Positions 28,001 through 39,301 of a stretch of 64,000 nt of DNA are shown piece after piece. Numbering within the stretch: the first letter of the stretch is position 1; each line of letters starts with the position of its first letter. This DNA comes from Sphaerodactylus townsendi (taxonomy: Eukaryota): assembly GCF_021028975.2 (NCBI RefSeq), contig NC_059430.1:109058001-109122000 (forward strand), written 5' to 3'. The position numbers and the translations under genes were made by a program. The notes beneath the pieces are model-generated. The model did no database searches and was not told the origin of the DNA. It worked only from the letters and a program-made list of their open reading frames with translations.

Positions 28001-31000
28001 CATTAATGGAGAGGAAGCAAGAGGGGAGGAAGTTGGGTCAGCAGGAGGTGACATCTTCTCTCCTCATAGCCTAGTCTCCCTTGCTGCCCATAATGCCTGG
28101 AAATTAAATATCTGTAAGAGTATCAGTGTAGTCTTCCTCAGATCTCCCCTCAAAATCCAGTAAAGCATAACATGCACAGTTAGCACTCTCACCCTCCTCA
28201 CTAAGCATTAACAGGCACAACATAATGTAATAATGTTATGGTCTCTCAACACACATACTAAGAGTGAACAGGTGTAAAGAATATGCAACAGTTTCAGCAA
28301 TGACAACCATATGTACATTTCCTTTTTTTAACCTGCAGTCCCCGGAAGGGTTCAGGACAGACAGTGGAAAAAGAACTGCAATAAAAAAATAGGATACCCT
28401 AGTTGTACACAAGTTATATTTAAAGCAACTAAAGTCAAAGCCAAATACCCAAACTAACGTACAACTTGGGATAACAAAGTTGGATAAACCTTATTCGGAT
28501 GTAAGCAGCTATTTATAAATATAGGCAAGATTTAGCAAACATAGATGGTTTTAACGGGGTCTTCTACCTGTATTTGATCTAGTTGCTGTCGCACCCGGTC
28601 CAAGTGCTGTTTCCATGCACTGCACACACAGTCATCATGTGAATGCTGTGTACAGGTTTGCTGTGTCCACACTTGCGACTGAGCAGCTACTGAGTTGGAA
28701 TATGTCATGGCAGGATTAGGGCCCAAGGAAAGCTGCTTTTCACAGATTTTGCTGGCTTCGGCTGTTGGCTTAGAACTGAGCTGCACTCTGCATGGTTCTT
28801 TTTCTAGGTCAGCAGGCCCGATGATTGAATTGCAAATTTGGAGCTGGGTCCAAGGACCATCAGACTCTAAAAAAGCAGAATGGTTAAAAGTGTATTCTGC
28901 GGCAAGCCTGCCATATTTCTGAGCATCTTGCATGCTTTCTTGATCAGCTGAAGGGAACAGGGATCGATCAAAATCATTTTCCAGTGAAGCCTGGTACATA
29001 GGAAGATAGTCCCTGGGAAATGCCTGGTTGTGCCTCGAAGCTTTACAGTTTGTCACCAGCCCTGCCGTGTCATCTGAAGGGCAAGGCAGGAAGGAGGTCC
29101 TGCCAGCCAGAGATGTGCTTGATTTGCCCACTGTGCAGGGCTTGCAGGGAGGGCTCTCCAGCATGGAAGGCATGACATGAGCAGTAGGAATGGCCACCTG
29201 GGTTTTGATGGGCTGAAAAGAAGAACCGTCACTGGAATTGCAGAATGCTGTGGAAATGAAGAAAGAGTGTTAGAATGAAGACTGCTTTCTTTCTGCACAA
29301 GCCTATCTTGTTTTGCCACAATTCTTCTGTATATTTAGTGAACTGGAAGACTCACATATCCTAGTAATACTTTCAAAAAGGAAAGGCCATGTCCCCACGA
29401 AGCTTTCTGTGTCGTAACATAAAATGTCTTTTCTGATCACAACTGAATTAAAACATACAACCAAATTATTTTCATTTTATCAAATTAGATAATAAAATAA
29501 AGTGTATCTTTCTAGTTATTCACACACAAGTCTTAAAACTGGCTTTAAAAATAATTAATAAGACTTACTCAAGAAACAGGAGTTGAGGTCTTGGTTATAT
29601 ACCCAATCCTGAGCTTTATAACTCACTCGCTGCCAGATTTGTAAATGAAGTTGGATGCAGCTCCAAGAAGCAAAAGAATGGTATGCTTCTAGGAAAATGA
29701 AGCAATTGCTGTTCTATATGCCATGAAACTTCTTTCAAAATCAGCTTCAGTTCTCTCCCAACAAGCATACAGAATACAGCAGAGCAGAATACTGAAAATC
29801 CTGACGCTGAAACACTGGATTAGACTAGATGGAAGTGTGAAGCTATTCTTAGCAACTCTCAGGTTTCAATACACAGAAAACAACAACAGCTTAACCAAGA
29901 ATTAGGGCACCTTCTTTTTAAAATGAATTTTCCTTCCTTTATGACTACATGAATTTCTGATTCTTGTGCAAAAGAAAGACAATGTTAAGTCGATGTAAAG
30001 TTTGAGGTATCACTTCTCTTTTATTATAGGGTAATGAGCTTGTACCACCAGATGTCAGTTATAGCCATTTGCCAACAGAAGAAGGAACACAGGACTCAAA
30101 TTTGATTATCACAGGAATATGGCTGCTTAGTAACATACAGCTGGTCTAAATATCTGCAGACAAGATAACAACATATGGTAAAAATATTCAAAGAGCCAGT
30201 GAATCTAAAACTTCTTTAAGAACACATAATTTACATGGGATGGCACTATTTATAGTTTCATCTGCAAGCTACACAAAGAAGCAAAAGGTATTTCCTGTGT
30301 GGGTAGGAAACAAGAGACTTGGCAAAGCTCTATCTAAAGAAAGGCTGCACTACAACAGCAGAGTGCACGTCTCCATAGGTGAAGCCCCACCTCTGGTGCC
30401 TACTTAATTATTATGACAAAAGGGCTAGGAAAAACTTGATACATTCTAAAGAACCAGACAAAAACACTCTGCCCCCTAATCAAAGCCACTAGAACATATG
30501 TGTGTAAAGTGCTGTCAAGTCACTTATGATGACCCTATAAATTAATGACCTCCAAAATGTCCTAGAGTTAACTTGCTCAACTCTTGCAAACTGAGGGCCA
30601 TGGTTTCCTTGACTGAATCGATCCAGCTCATGTTGGATCTTCCTCTTTTCCTGCCACCTTCAACTTTTCTTAGCATTACTGTCTTTTCCAGTGACTCTCG
30701 TCTTCTCATAATTTAGTCAAAGTACAATAATCTTAGTTTAGTTATTTTAGCTTCTACAGAGAGTTCAGCCTTGGTTTGATCTAGAACTCAATGATTTGTC
30801 TCTTTGGTGGTCCACAGTATCCATAAAACTCTCCTCCAACACTACATTTCAAATGAATCAATAGTCCTCCTGTCAGCTTTCTTCACTGTCCAACTTTCAC
30901 CTATACATAATGATGGGGAACGCTATGGCACAAATTACCTTGATCTTGGTTGCCAAGTGACACACCCTTACACTTAAGAATCTTTTCTAGCTCCTTCATG

Positions 31001-32418
31001 GCTGTCCTTCCCAGTCTCAATCTCCTTCTGATTGGTTCTGGTGGGTTTTCCAGGCTGTATGGCCGTGGTCTGGTGGATCTTGTTCCTAACGTTTTGCCTC
31101 CATCTGTGGCTGGCATCTTCAGAGGTGTATCACAGAGGGAAGTCTGTTACACACTGTGTCCCTTTGTGATATACCTCTGAAGATGCCAGCCACAGATGCA
31201 GGCGAAATGTTAGGAACAAGATCCACCAGATCACGGCCACACAGTCCAGAAAACCCACCAGAACCAGTTGAATCCGACCGTGAAAGTCTTCGACAATACT
31301 CCTTCTGATTGCTTGATTTCAGTCTTTCTCTTGGTTGATGATGGAGTCAAGGAACAGAAAATCTTGAAAGGTTTCAATTTTTTCATCGCCAACCTTAAAG
31401 TTGTGTAAACCCCCAGTAGTCATTGTCCTCTTGATGTTCAGCTGTCATCCCGCTTTGGTACCTTCTGCTTTATCCTTCAAGAGTCGTCGTTTCAAGTCTT
31501 TACTATTTTCTGCCAGTAATGTCTGTCATCTGCATATGTCAAATTGTTAATGTTCCTTCCACCAATTTTCACTCCATCTTCATCTAAATTTAATCCAGCT
31601 TTCCATGTACGTTCTGCATGTAGATTGAACTGACAGGGAGATAAAACACATCCTCGTCCGACACCTTTGCCAACTGTAAACCATTCATTTCTCCATATTC
31701 TGTCCTAACAGAAGCCTTTTGTCCAGAGTTCATTTCTTTCCATTTCTTTTCAAAACCAATCATAGTTTTTCAAGATCCACACAGTCAAAAGCTTTGCTAT
31801 AATCTATGAAACACACACTGATTTTCTTCTGAAATTTTCTTCTATTCTCCAGTAATTTCGTACACTGCTTTCCCTGCCAGTGTAAGTATACTGCACTAGA
31901 GTATGCCTGCACAGGAAAACATAAGCAGAGCAGCTCTACACTGACATGGCATATCCAGTTCCTTAATCTGCAAGAGTTACCCCAAGGATGAGTTTTCTAC
32001 TGTGAGGTATACTAAATGCAATTAACTCACTAGCCAAGTGAACACCTAGCAACATCAAGAAAGAACTTAAGCTCAGCTAAAATAAACTCAAGGACTGCAT
32101 GTAACAAGAATGAATTGATCACTACCTGCAGTATTAAAAGCTCAGAAAGTTGAAGACACTTGAAGTTATCAATTTGTTGCAGAATCTTACAGTATAATCC
32201 TATGCAGAACTATTCCAAGACCTACTCCAAAGTTACTCACTGAAATCACTGGGTGGCATAACTTGCAATAAAGTTGTGCTGTAAGACATCCATATTGGGA
32301 GTCAGCAACAGAAGAGGACTGTCAACTGTAGTAAAGGATGAAGGGATCAAAAGAAAAACTTACCTTCTGCATTAGTAGAGCTAGAAGTCCCATTTAACGT
32401 GCCCCCACAGGCAGCCAT
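19059..32418 (-). CDS. CEP85: Centrosomal protein of 85 kDa (about 715 aa, 12 coding exons recognised)
   Basis: Coding exons 32364-32418, 28568-29247, 27046-27179, 25799-25916, 25438-25623, 24473-24625, 24130-24284, 22960-23077, 22327-22377, 22125-22232, 19693-19918, 19059-19222. All GT-AG and phase-compatible. Motifs [57 protein letters not shown] and [21 protein letters not shown] match CEP85. Likely non-coding exon 1 ends at donor 34657; AATAAA at 16423-16428. Confidence 0.95.
20220..20683 (+). mobile_element. Degenerate non-autonomous Helitron-like element
   Basis: TATATATAA-rich start and a 3' decayed hairpin followed by CTAG|T (..cccattttcacatgacatggattttgccgCTAGt). Confidence 0.4.
22762..22949 (+). 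mobile_element. 5S rRNA-derived SINE with RTE-type tail
   Basis: GCCTGATCTTGTCAGATTCCAGAAGCTAAGCAGGGT..GGATGGGAGACC resembles the 5S rRNA internal promoter; tail GGGGTCACCATAAGTCAG..GACTTGACAGCA. Other copies at about 39650-39770, 40895-41075, 44690-44845 and 59888-60420 (-). Confidence 0.75.
23790..23985 (-). mobile_element. tRNA-derived SINE (Squam2-like)
   Basis: GGCTCAGTGGTAGA..GGTTCAATCTCCAGCATCTCCAGTT head with CR1-like tail; second copy at 63507-63720 (+). Confidence 0.7.
26359..26652 (+). mobile_element. tRNA-derived SINE (Squam3-like)
   Basis: A/B boxes GTGGTGTAGTGG..GGTTTGATTCC, GGGTGACCTTGGGCTAGTCACAG core, L2-type tail ending (TCT)n. Related copies at 2512-2790 (-) and 37643-37783. 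Confidence 0.8.
30497..31850 (-). mobile_element. RTE/BovB-type LINE 3' fragment
   Basis: Degenerate RT C-terminus ([26 protein letters not shown]; [12 protein letters not shown]) and RTE tail ATAGGGTCATCATAAGTGACTTGACAGCACTT. Confidence 0.8.
31035..31298 (+). mobile_element. Penelope-like (PLE) fold-back element with hammerhead motifs
   Basis: About 105-bp inverted arms containing CTCTGAAGATGCCAGCCACAGATGCAGGCGAAA, plus tail ..GTGAAAGTCTTCGACAATA. 13-bp duplication CTCCTTCTGATTG (31022-31034, 31299-31311). Inserted in a BovB/RTE fragment. Confidence 0.75.
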
Positions 32419-34399
32419 AGTTAGATTACAATCAGAATGTTTCCAGACTTTCAGATAGGACTTTCAAGACTGTCTCTTCTGCGCTGAACTGGAACTGGGG
32501 GAGGGGAAGAGAGAGACATGTTGTGAAATTTACATGGGAATTCATAAGTCAATTTGACACTATCAGACCAGGACTCAGTAGAGACTGGAAGTGGTTCTGT
32601 TCACAACAGCTCTGTCCCTCTCCAGTCATTTTACTTTAACAATTTGTCACACCTATTTGATCAGACTGTTTGCTCTGGATCTTGTTTTCATTTGTGCTCT
32701 GAAGCGCAGTGCAATATACCTATATTTTGGAATCTTGACCCTCTTTGTAACAACTTTTCAAACCTGTCCTCAGCAGCATTTGTGTGCACACCTAAGAATG
32801 CTAATGCACGCATGATATAGATGCACAATTGTGTGTATGTATCTACAAGTACAGTGTTGAATGTATTTTGATATGATCCATGTATCCTGCCTCCGACAGT
32901 AGTTCAACTGTTGTGTTTTGGGTCAGCTGAAGTTTACAAAACCAACCCTGCCTACAGCATGTTGTAGTAACCTAACCTGGATGTGATAAGTGCATGGATC
33001 ACTGTGGCCAGATCATACTTTTCAAGCAACAGCTGTAGCTGGTGCATCAGTCACAGCTAGTAAAATGCGCTTGTACCTTCAACTACAGGCCAGTGGCACC
33101 TTGAGCTATGAACCTGCTGCTGGAGTGTGGCTCCCTCTGGGGCAGCCCTCTTCCCTAGTTACAGTGCTGTTTATGTGTGATTTATTGAGAAGAGAAGTGC
33201 AAGCTTTGGATTCCCAAAGGGGACAAAAGCGGGTTCCAAACGAATAAAATAAATAATAAGTAAAAACAGAAAGACCAGTTTTTGCAAAAAGTTGGAAATA
33301 TTTTATCGACTTTTAGAAGCTAACACTTTGTATAGGCATCGATGTTTCTAAAATATAATACAAATACATCTGAGGCGATTATTCATGGAAGTAATTTTCC
33401 ATTTGTCTGAGTGACGTTGTGTATAAAAAAGCCCCAAATGGCAACTTGTTCTGTTGTTACATTTCAAAGTCTTTTGGTGCCTACACATAGATAGGTGGGT
33501 AGATAAAAAATCAAGCTTCTCTTTGCATGCACATGTGTGTGCACAAATAAAGTAAAAATATATAGATTTTATTCACTTCATTAACAAATATCTTTCTTCT
33601 CTTTCTCCCCAGTTGGGGGCCCAAAGAGGCTTACACTGTTCTCCTCTCCATCTTATTCTCATAACAAACCTGTGGGGAAGGCCAGAATGAGAAAGACTTG
33701 CCCCACATCAGCCATGGGGGGGGGGGGGAATGCAAACACCTCTCAGATCCTAACCCAACACTGCAACCTAATTACTGCAACCTAAATGACCATTGGGTCT
33801 GACAGACAGACCGCTCATCCATGTCACTTCTATTTATGGTATCTAAAGCCCTCTCTTTGCTTTCAATCTAATTAAGTGGCTTGTTTTCAAAAAGCTGTTC
33901 AGAATCCTCAGATCTCTGCTTTTGATACGCGTATAAAAGTAAATTTCACTCTTTTAAGATGAAAAGGCGTGGGAAATTTGGCAGTGCTTGAGCTTTGCAT
34001 GATGAGTTCATCACTTCATCAATAATATTCGGCAATAACAGTCTAGAATACTTACAGACCATTGCGGCAGGGGGAGGCAAGCTCATCCCAGTCTTCCATC
34101 TGGGCCATAAATAATTCTTGGCCATGATGTCAGAGAATGCATCAGGCTGGATCACCCCCAACACACTTTTCTCCCTAACGGGGACCCAAAGTAACTTATA
34201 ACATTCTCCTCTTCTTCGTTTTACCCCCAAAACAACCCTGTGAGGTAGGTTAGTGTGCAACTAACTGGCTGAAGGTCACGCAGAAAGTTTCCCTGGCAGA
34301 TTAGGGACTGAGCCTTTATCTTGTTTCAGGCTAAGCAGACGAGCCTCAGAAAAACTCCCTCTCCCACTCGAGTCTCAGTGAGGAACACGCGGAGGATCT

Positions 34400-35850
34400 T
34401 TTAAGCAAAGGTTGCAAAGGGGTGGGGGCTTTTAAATAGTAAAATTTTGAGGGCCACAATGTGGGTTATTTTTCCTCCAACGCGCATGCGCCCAAAGCTG
34501 CCCCCCCCCGCCCCGCCCCGCCCCGCCCCGAGTTTGCGCCGCGGACCAAACTCCGGAGCACAAAAGCAGGCTAGAACAAGGGGAAGGGAGAAAAGAGGCG
34601 GGTATGAGTCCGACGAGAAAACTCCCAACCCCACAGGCGGCAAAAAGTGGGTTTACCTCGGGAAGGACAAACGGGCAGCCTCCAAACGAGAGCTCCTCCG
34701 CGTGAGGCAGACTTGGGTCAAGGCGGTTAAATCTCCACAGGCAAAACCGACTGCCGACCGTTGGACACGCCCCCTGCTCCAGCTGCACGTCTCGAGCAGC
34801 GGCGGTTGGAGGCGGGGAAACCAGACTAGCCTTCCAATGTTCGTGCCACGCCCACCCGCCCTGGTCATCAACTAAGGCGGTTGGAGGGGCGCGAGGCTCC
34901 TCCACTGTCAGCCCCTCCCCGTCCATCAGACCCAGCGAGCTGGGAGGGCGGCCAGAGTTCCCCCCACGACGCCGACGAACCTCCAGCTGGAGCAGCAGCG
35001 GCAGAAGCAGCCCCTGCCGAAGGACCCCCTCCTCCTTCTCCCCGCCGGCCGATTCCGCCACCGGTGCCGTTTTGGAAACGGCGGAGGGCATCCCCCTCAA
35101 GCCAATGAGGGGGGACCGTCCCCGGCGCCCCCTGCCCAACGGCCGCGCCTTTCGCCAGACACAGCGCGCCGATTGGGCCGGCGCCCTTCCTCCTTTTCCT
35201 CCTCCCGCTTGATTGGCCTGCGGGGCCCTAGAGGCAGAAGCGGCCGGCGGGAAGAAGGAGCAGGGGGTCCTTCGGCAGGGGCTGCTGCTGCCGCTGCTGT
35301 TCCCGCTGGAGGTTCGTCGTCGTCGCTGAGGGGACTCTGGCCGCCCTCTCTCCGCCCTCCCTCGTTGGGCCTGATGGACAGGGAGGGGCTGGCAGTGGAG
35401 GAGCACTCTGCTGGGAGGTCTGGAATGGGGGTGGGGGGGCGGTGCGCCCGTCGCTTGGAAGGGGGCAGGAGTTCCTGCTGCAGCAAAGCCCCCCCAAAAG
35501 ACCCCTTTCCCGCCCCCCCAGGCCACCCTGAGCCTGCCATCATTAGAAGTCCATTGCCTTTGCATCGATCGTTATAGCAATCGGTATATCGATCGATACA
35601 ACGATCGTTATAGCGATCGCTATAACGATCGATGCAAAGGCAATGGAAGCCTCGGGGTGCGGGGGGGGGGGGAAGGGGTCCCCTCTCCTGACCACTGTGG
35701 TTGATCAGGACAAGGGAGGGTCCCCAGCCAGGGCAGTTTGGGAGTGAAAAGCAGCGTCTTGTCCCTGAGTCCAGCCCCCCAAGCAGCAGCAGCAGCCACA
35801 GCCCTGTTCTGGAGGGGAGGAGTCTCAGCCGGGGCTTCTAGCAATCGTAG
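34400..35850 (-). promoter_or_regulatory. CpG island / promoter and non-coding first exon of CEP85
   Basis: Very GC-rich. Donor GAG|gtaaac at 34657/34656, NRF1-type palindrome GCGCATGCGC 34482-34491, CCAAT boxes at 35102, 35172 and 35212. Confidence 0.7.
35550..35647. repeat. CGATCG-rich palindrome
   Basis: Perfect 29-bp inverted arms 35550-35578 / 35619-35647 and an overlapping perfect 30-bp palindrome 35602-35631. Confidence 0.9.
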
Positions 35851-36846
35851 CAGATGAATTGTGGCTTGAAATGGTTTGAAGGGGGTGGGGGAGAAACGGG
35901 CCCTCGTGCAGGTCCAGAAATGTACGCCAATGAGGCTGTTCTCTCCTTGTCAGAAATAAATCACAGCCTGGAAGAGTTCCCCAAATTCAGGGACTGGCTC
36001 CTCGAGGTGAAGATGCCAGAGCAGAGCAGGTGGGCCACAAGCCACACAAATCTTTTCGGGGATCCCTTTGCTGTAGGGCTTGTTGGAACATGAGACCCAT
36101 TAGGAATGAGGAGGAGGTGGCGTCTGAGCATGGGCAGAGGACCTTTCCCTCTTACACATGTAACCTCACTCATCTGGGAGAGCCGGTGGGTGTTGTGGAG
36201 GAACAGTCAGCCTGGCCCCTCTGTGGAAATTTGCCGCTAAAGGGGCCCTAAATTTAGAATGCTTCTTTCTTTGGGGAAGGGGCAGGAACTGTTCTCCTGA
36301 AACTGTCTTAAAGAAACCTTTGCCAATTGCCTGGGGCGGGGGTGTCCCATTTTCACAATAGCCCTCCCCTGGCCTCTAAGGGCACTCTGGTAAAGAATGC
36401 CAGCTGTACCTGTGTAAATAAAGGGCGTCATTTTCGCCTCCTCTCCCAGCTTTTGTGCTCCCTCCAGCTTGCCCGTGAAGTCGGGGAGGGATGGGATGGG
36501 ATCCCAGAGCAGGGAATGTTCTCAGTTGGTTGCGGACGGCTCTTGTTCTGTTCCCTTTGCTTTCTCCATTCACCTTGCCCTGCAGGTTTCACTCTGGCGG
36601 AGGACGGAGGGCGGGGAGTTCTGTCCCGGGAAAGGGAGGCATGCACGGGGCTGATCTTGTCTGCTCCTTGGTTCATTCCACAGGAGGAGGACTGGAGGAA
36701 GGCTGGAGGAAAACGACAGGAGGAGGACTGGAGGAAACTACAATTGCTTCGAGCTTTGTCCTGCAGGGTTTGGCATTTTTGTTTCAGCCAGAGACCACCA
36801 TCTGGAGGCCTGAGGCTGGGAAAGAATATGGGAGGTGAGGCTATTG

Positions 36847-38131
36847 CAGGGACGTAGGTATAGTTTTTTTTATGGGGCAGGGTTCGGGGATGGGGCCACA
36901 CCCCCACCTGCCCCTAGGGCATGGCCACGCCTCCCCAAGCCCTGCTCCTGGCCTACCGTTTATAAAAGCAGTTCTCCGAGGTCGGGGATGGCAGACCCTC
37001 CTGTCCTGCCCTCACCTGCCCCTCCCCTCTGGGCAGAGGCATAGAGGGAAAATGGAGCCTGGTGCTAAATCTGAGTTTTGCGGGGGGGGGGGGCAGGCAG
37101 CTGCTGTGATACTGGAATCCACCCCCAAACAGCATCACTGTAAGGAACCTGAAAGGACCAGACTTAAAGTAACTGTAACAGTTCTTTATTTCTTAAACTT
37201 CCAAGATGCACAATACAGGAAATGCAGACTCTGACCTTCCCCCACCAGATTGCTGCTTTTACGAGCTTTTCTGGCCCCCGCCCACAGCACACAGTAAAGT
37301 CCCCCAAAACTCCAGCCTCCAAAATAGGTTCTCACGCGAACAGAAAGTAAGGCTCCACACGCATACAGTAAGTACAGATAGGCAGCAAGGTTAACGATAA
37401 CAGCGATCCTGGGCACGCAGCCCAGTACGAGGAATGTTACCAAGGCCAGGCTGGAGAACAGAAAACAGAAATCAACCCCCAACCTTACAATCACTTTCAA
37501 TGGTGTTTAAACTAGAGAGCCCAAATTCTCCTTTTAAATCCACCTTAAAGGGAGAATCTGGGGTCCCTAGTTAAACAACATTGAAAGTGATGCTGTTTTG
37601 GGGTGGATTATCCCCCACCCTGAAACAGCATCACTTTCAATGTGGCGTAGTGGTTAAGAGCAGGTGCATTCTAATCTGGAGGAACCGGGTTTGATTCCCT
37701 GCTCTGCCACTTGAGCTGTGGAGGCTTATCTGGGGAATTCAGATTAGCCTGTGCACTCCCACACATGCCAGCTTGGGTGACCTTTGAGTCTCCTGCAGGA
37801 TTTATATCCCAGGTTTGGTGAAGTTTGGTTCAGGGGGTCCAAAGTTATGGACCCTCAAAGATGTAGCCCCCATCTTCTATTGGCTCCCATTGGAAACAAT
37901 GGAGGATGGGGGCACCCCCTTTGGGAGTCCATAACTTTGGACCCCCTGAACCAAACCTCACCAAACCCGGGTAGTATCAGGAGAGTCCCCCAAACAATGC
38001 GCCCCCTGCAGGCTAAAAACCGAAAAAGCACTAAAATGTTTTAAAAACCCACAAACGGGTGGGCGGAGCTTCGGACATGAATGGGGGGGGTTTCAAACCC
38101 GAGAACCCCCACCCCCTTACCTTCGTCCATG
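36847..38131. mobile_element. Related non-autonomous hAT-like element hosting a solo LTR and a SINE
   Basis: Termini CAGGGACGTAGGT / ACCTTCGTCCATG. Shares internal palindromic modules (ggaatccacccccaaacagcatcactttcaatgg; ccaagtttggtga..) with 14393-16114. TSD not clearly preserved. Confidence 0.55.
37139..37489 (-). mobile_element. Solo LTR
   Basis: Begins TGTAAGG, ends CCTTACA, flanked by 5-bp TSD ATCAC (37134-37138, 37490-37494); AATAAA on the - strand near 37175-37180. Confidence 0.82.
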
Positions 38132-38495
38132 GTGAAGATCAAGTGGAAATAGTGAAACAAAAGCACTTGCTGGGGCAGGGAATGAAGCAACACCTCTGTG
38201 CTCATGACTGCATCTGACAAGGATGGGAATGTCCTTGGCCTTTGCAGAATGGGCCCAGAGAAAACAGAAACAGAGTGAGGACAGCAGGAAACAGCCTCCC
38301 TGTAAACTGGCTGGAGGCGAGAATCTCCCTTTATTTTCTCAGGTACAACATATTGAACGTTCAGTGCACCTGAGGGTCGCCTCTTGGGGATCCATGATTC
38401 CACAAGATAGCGTAAATATCCTGGTATCCTGGTACAAGGAATTGTGGAGGAGCAGAGAAGAGCCCATCTGGATCAAACCAATGTTCCATCTAGTC

Positions 38496-38624
38496 CAGGG
38501 GTCTGCAACCTGCGGCTCTCCAGATGTTCATGGACTACAATTCCCACCAATTGGCCATGCTGACAGGGGCTGATGGGAATTGTAGTCCATGAACATCTGG
38601 AGAGCCGCAGGTTGCAGACCCCTG
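38496..38624. mobile_element. hAT MITE
   Basis: Long TIRs CAGGGGTCTGCAACCTGCGGCTCTCCAGATGTTCATGGACTACAATTCCCA; TSD ATCTAGTC. Confidence 0.9.
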
Positions 38625-39301
38625 ATCTAGTCCATCATCCTGTCTCACACACTAGCCGACCAGTTATTCAGGAGGACCAACTGATGGGGTACAAAGGCCA
38701 AGGCATTCTCCAGATGCTGACTCCTGACATCAGAATTTAAAGGCTGACTGCCTCTGAATATGAAGGTTCCCTTTAGTCACCATGCATTTGGCACCATACC
38801 CCCACTCTCCCATAAAGTACAGTGGTTAAAGGAGAGGCAATACCATACTGTTTGTGTCTGGGAACAGCCCCAAGGAGGCCAAATACACTCAGGGCCTTTG
38901 AGCCTCAAGGTTAGTGGAAGAGGAAGTGCTCCTGCGTGGGGGTTCTCTATTATTCAGTCCCTTGCTGTGACGGCCATTCCTATCAAGCTGTTCCTCTACA
39001 TCCACCAAGTGGCTTTTGGTCACTTCAAGAAATCACAGAGAGAGGACTAGTTGAACTGGAAGTCATATCTGGGGAAGAAATACTTCAGCATTTCGGAGCA
39101 CAGCATCCATTTTTATTTTTGCAGAGATCCTCCCCGTCCCAAACAATGGTGGAGAGCCCAAGCATAGCAGCCTACAATTGACGCTGCTTTCACAGGCTGT
39201 TCATTCCCAGCCACACCATCTGCCTACGAATCCACGCTTGTTCATCTTCCGACTGCAGGACAGGAGATCCTGGCACAAAGGAAAGCTCTGATCATACAGT
39301 C

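Noticed and set aside
32280-32330. SSVADS peptide resembling CEP85 exon 3
   Set aside because: Only about 38 nt from the preceding donor (too short an intron) and flanking residues do not match.
34432-35565. 377-aa ORF and overlapping 130-150-aa ORFs at the CEP85 CpG island
   Set aside because: Low-complexity G/P/R/A-rich translation, several frames open on both strands, and inverted-repeat content: expected from stop-poor GC-rich DNA.
35854-36251. Possible pseudogene or small gene on the + strand beyond the palindrome
   Set aside because: No recognisable domain or convincing splice structure.
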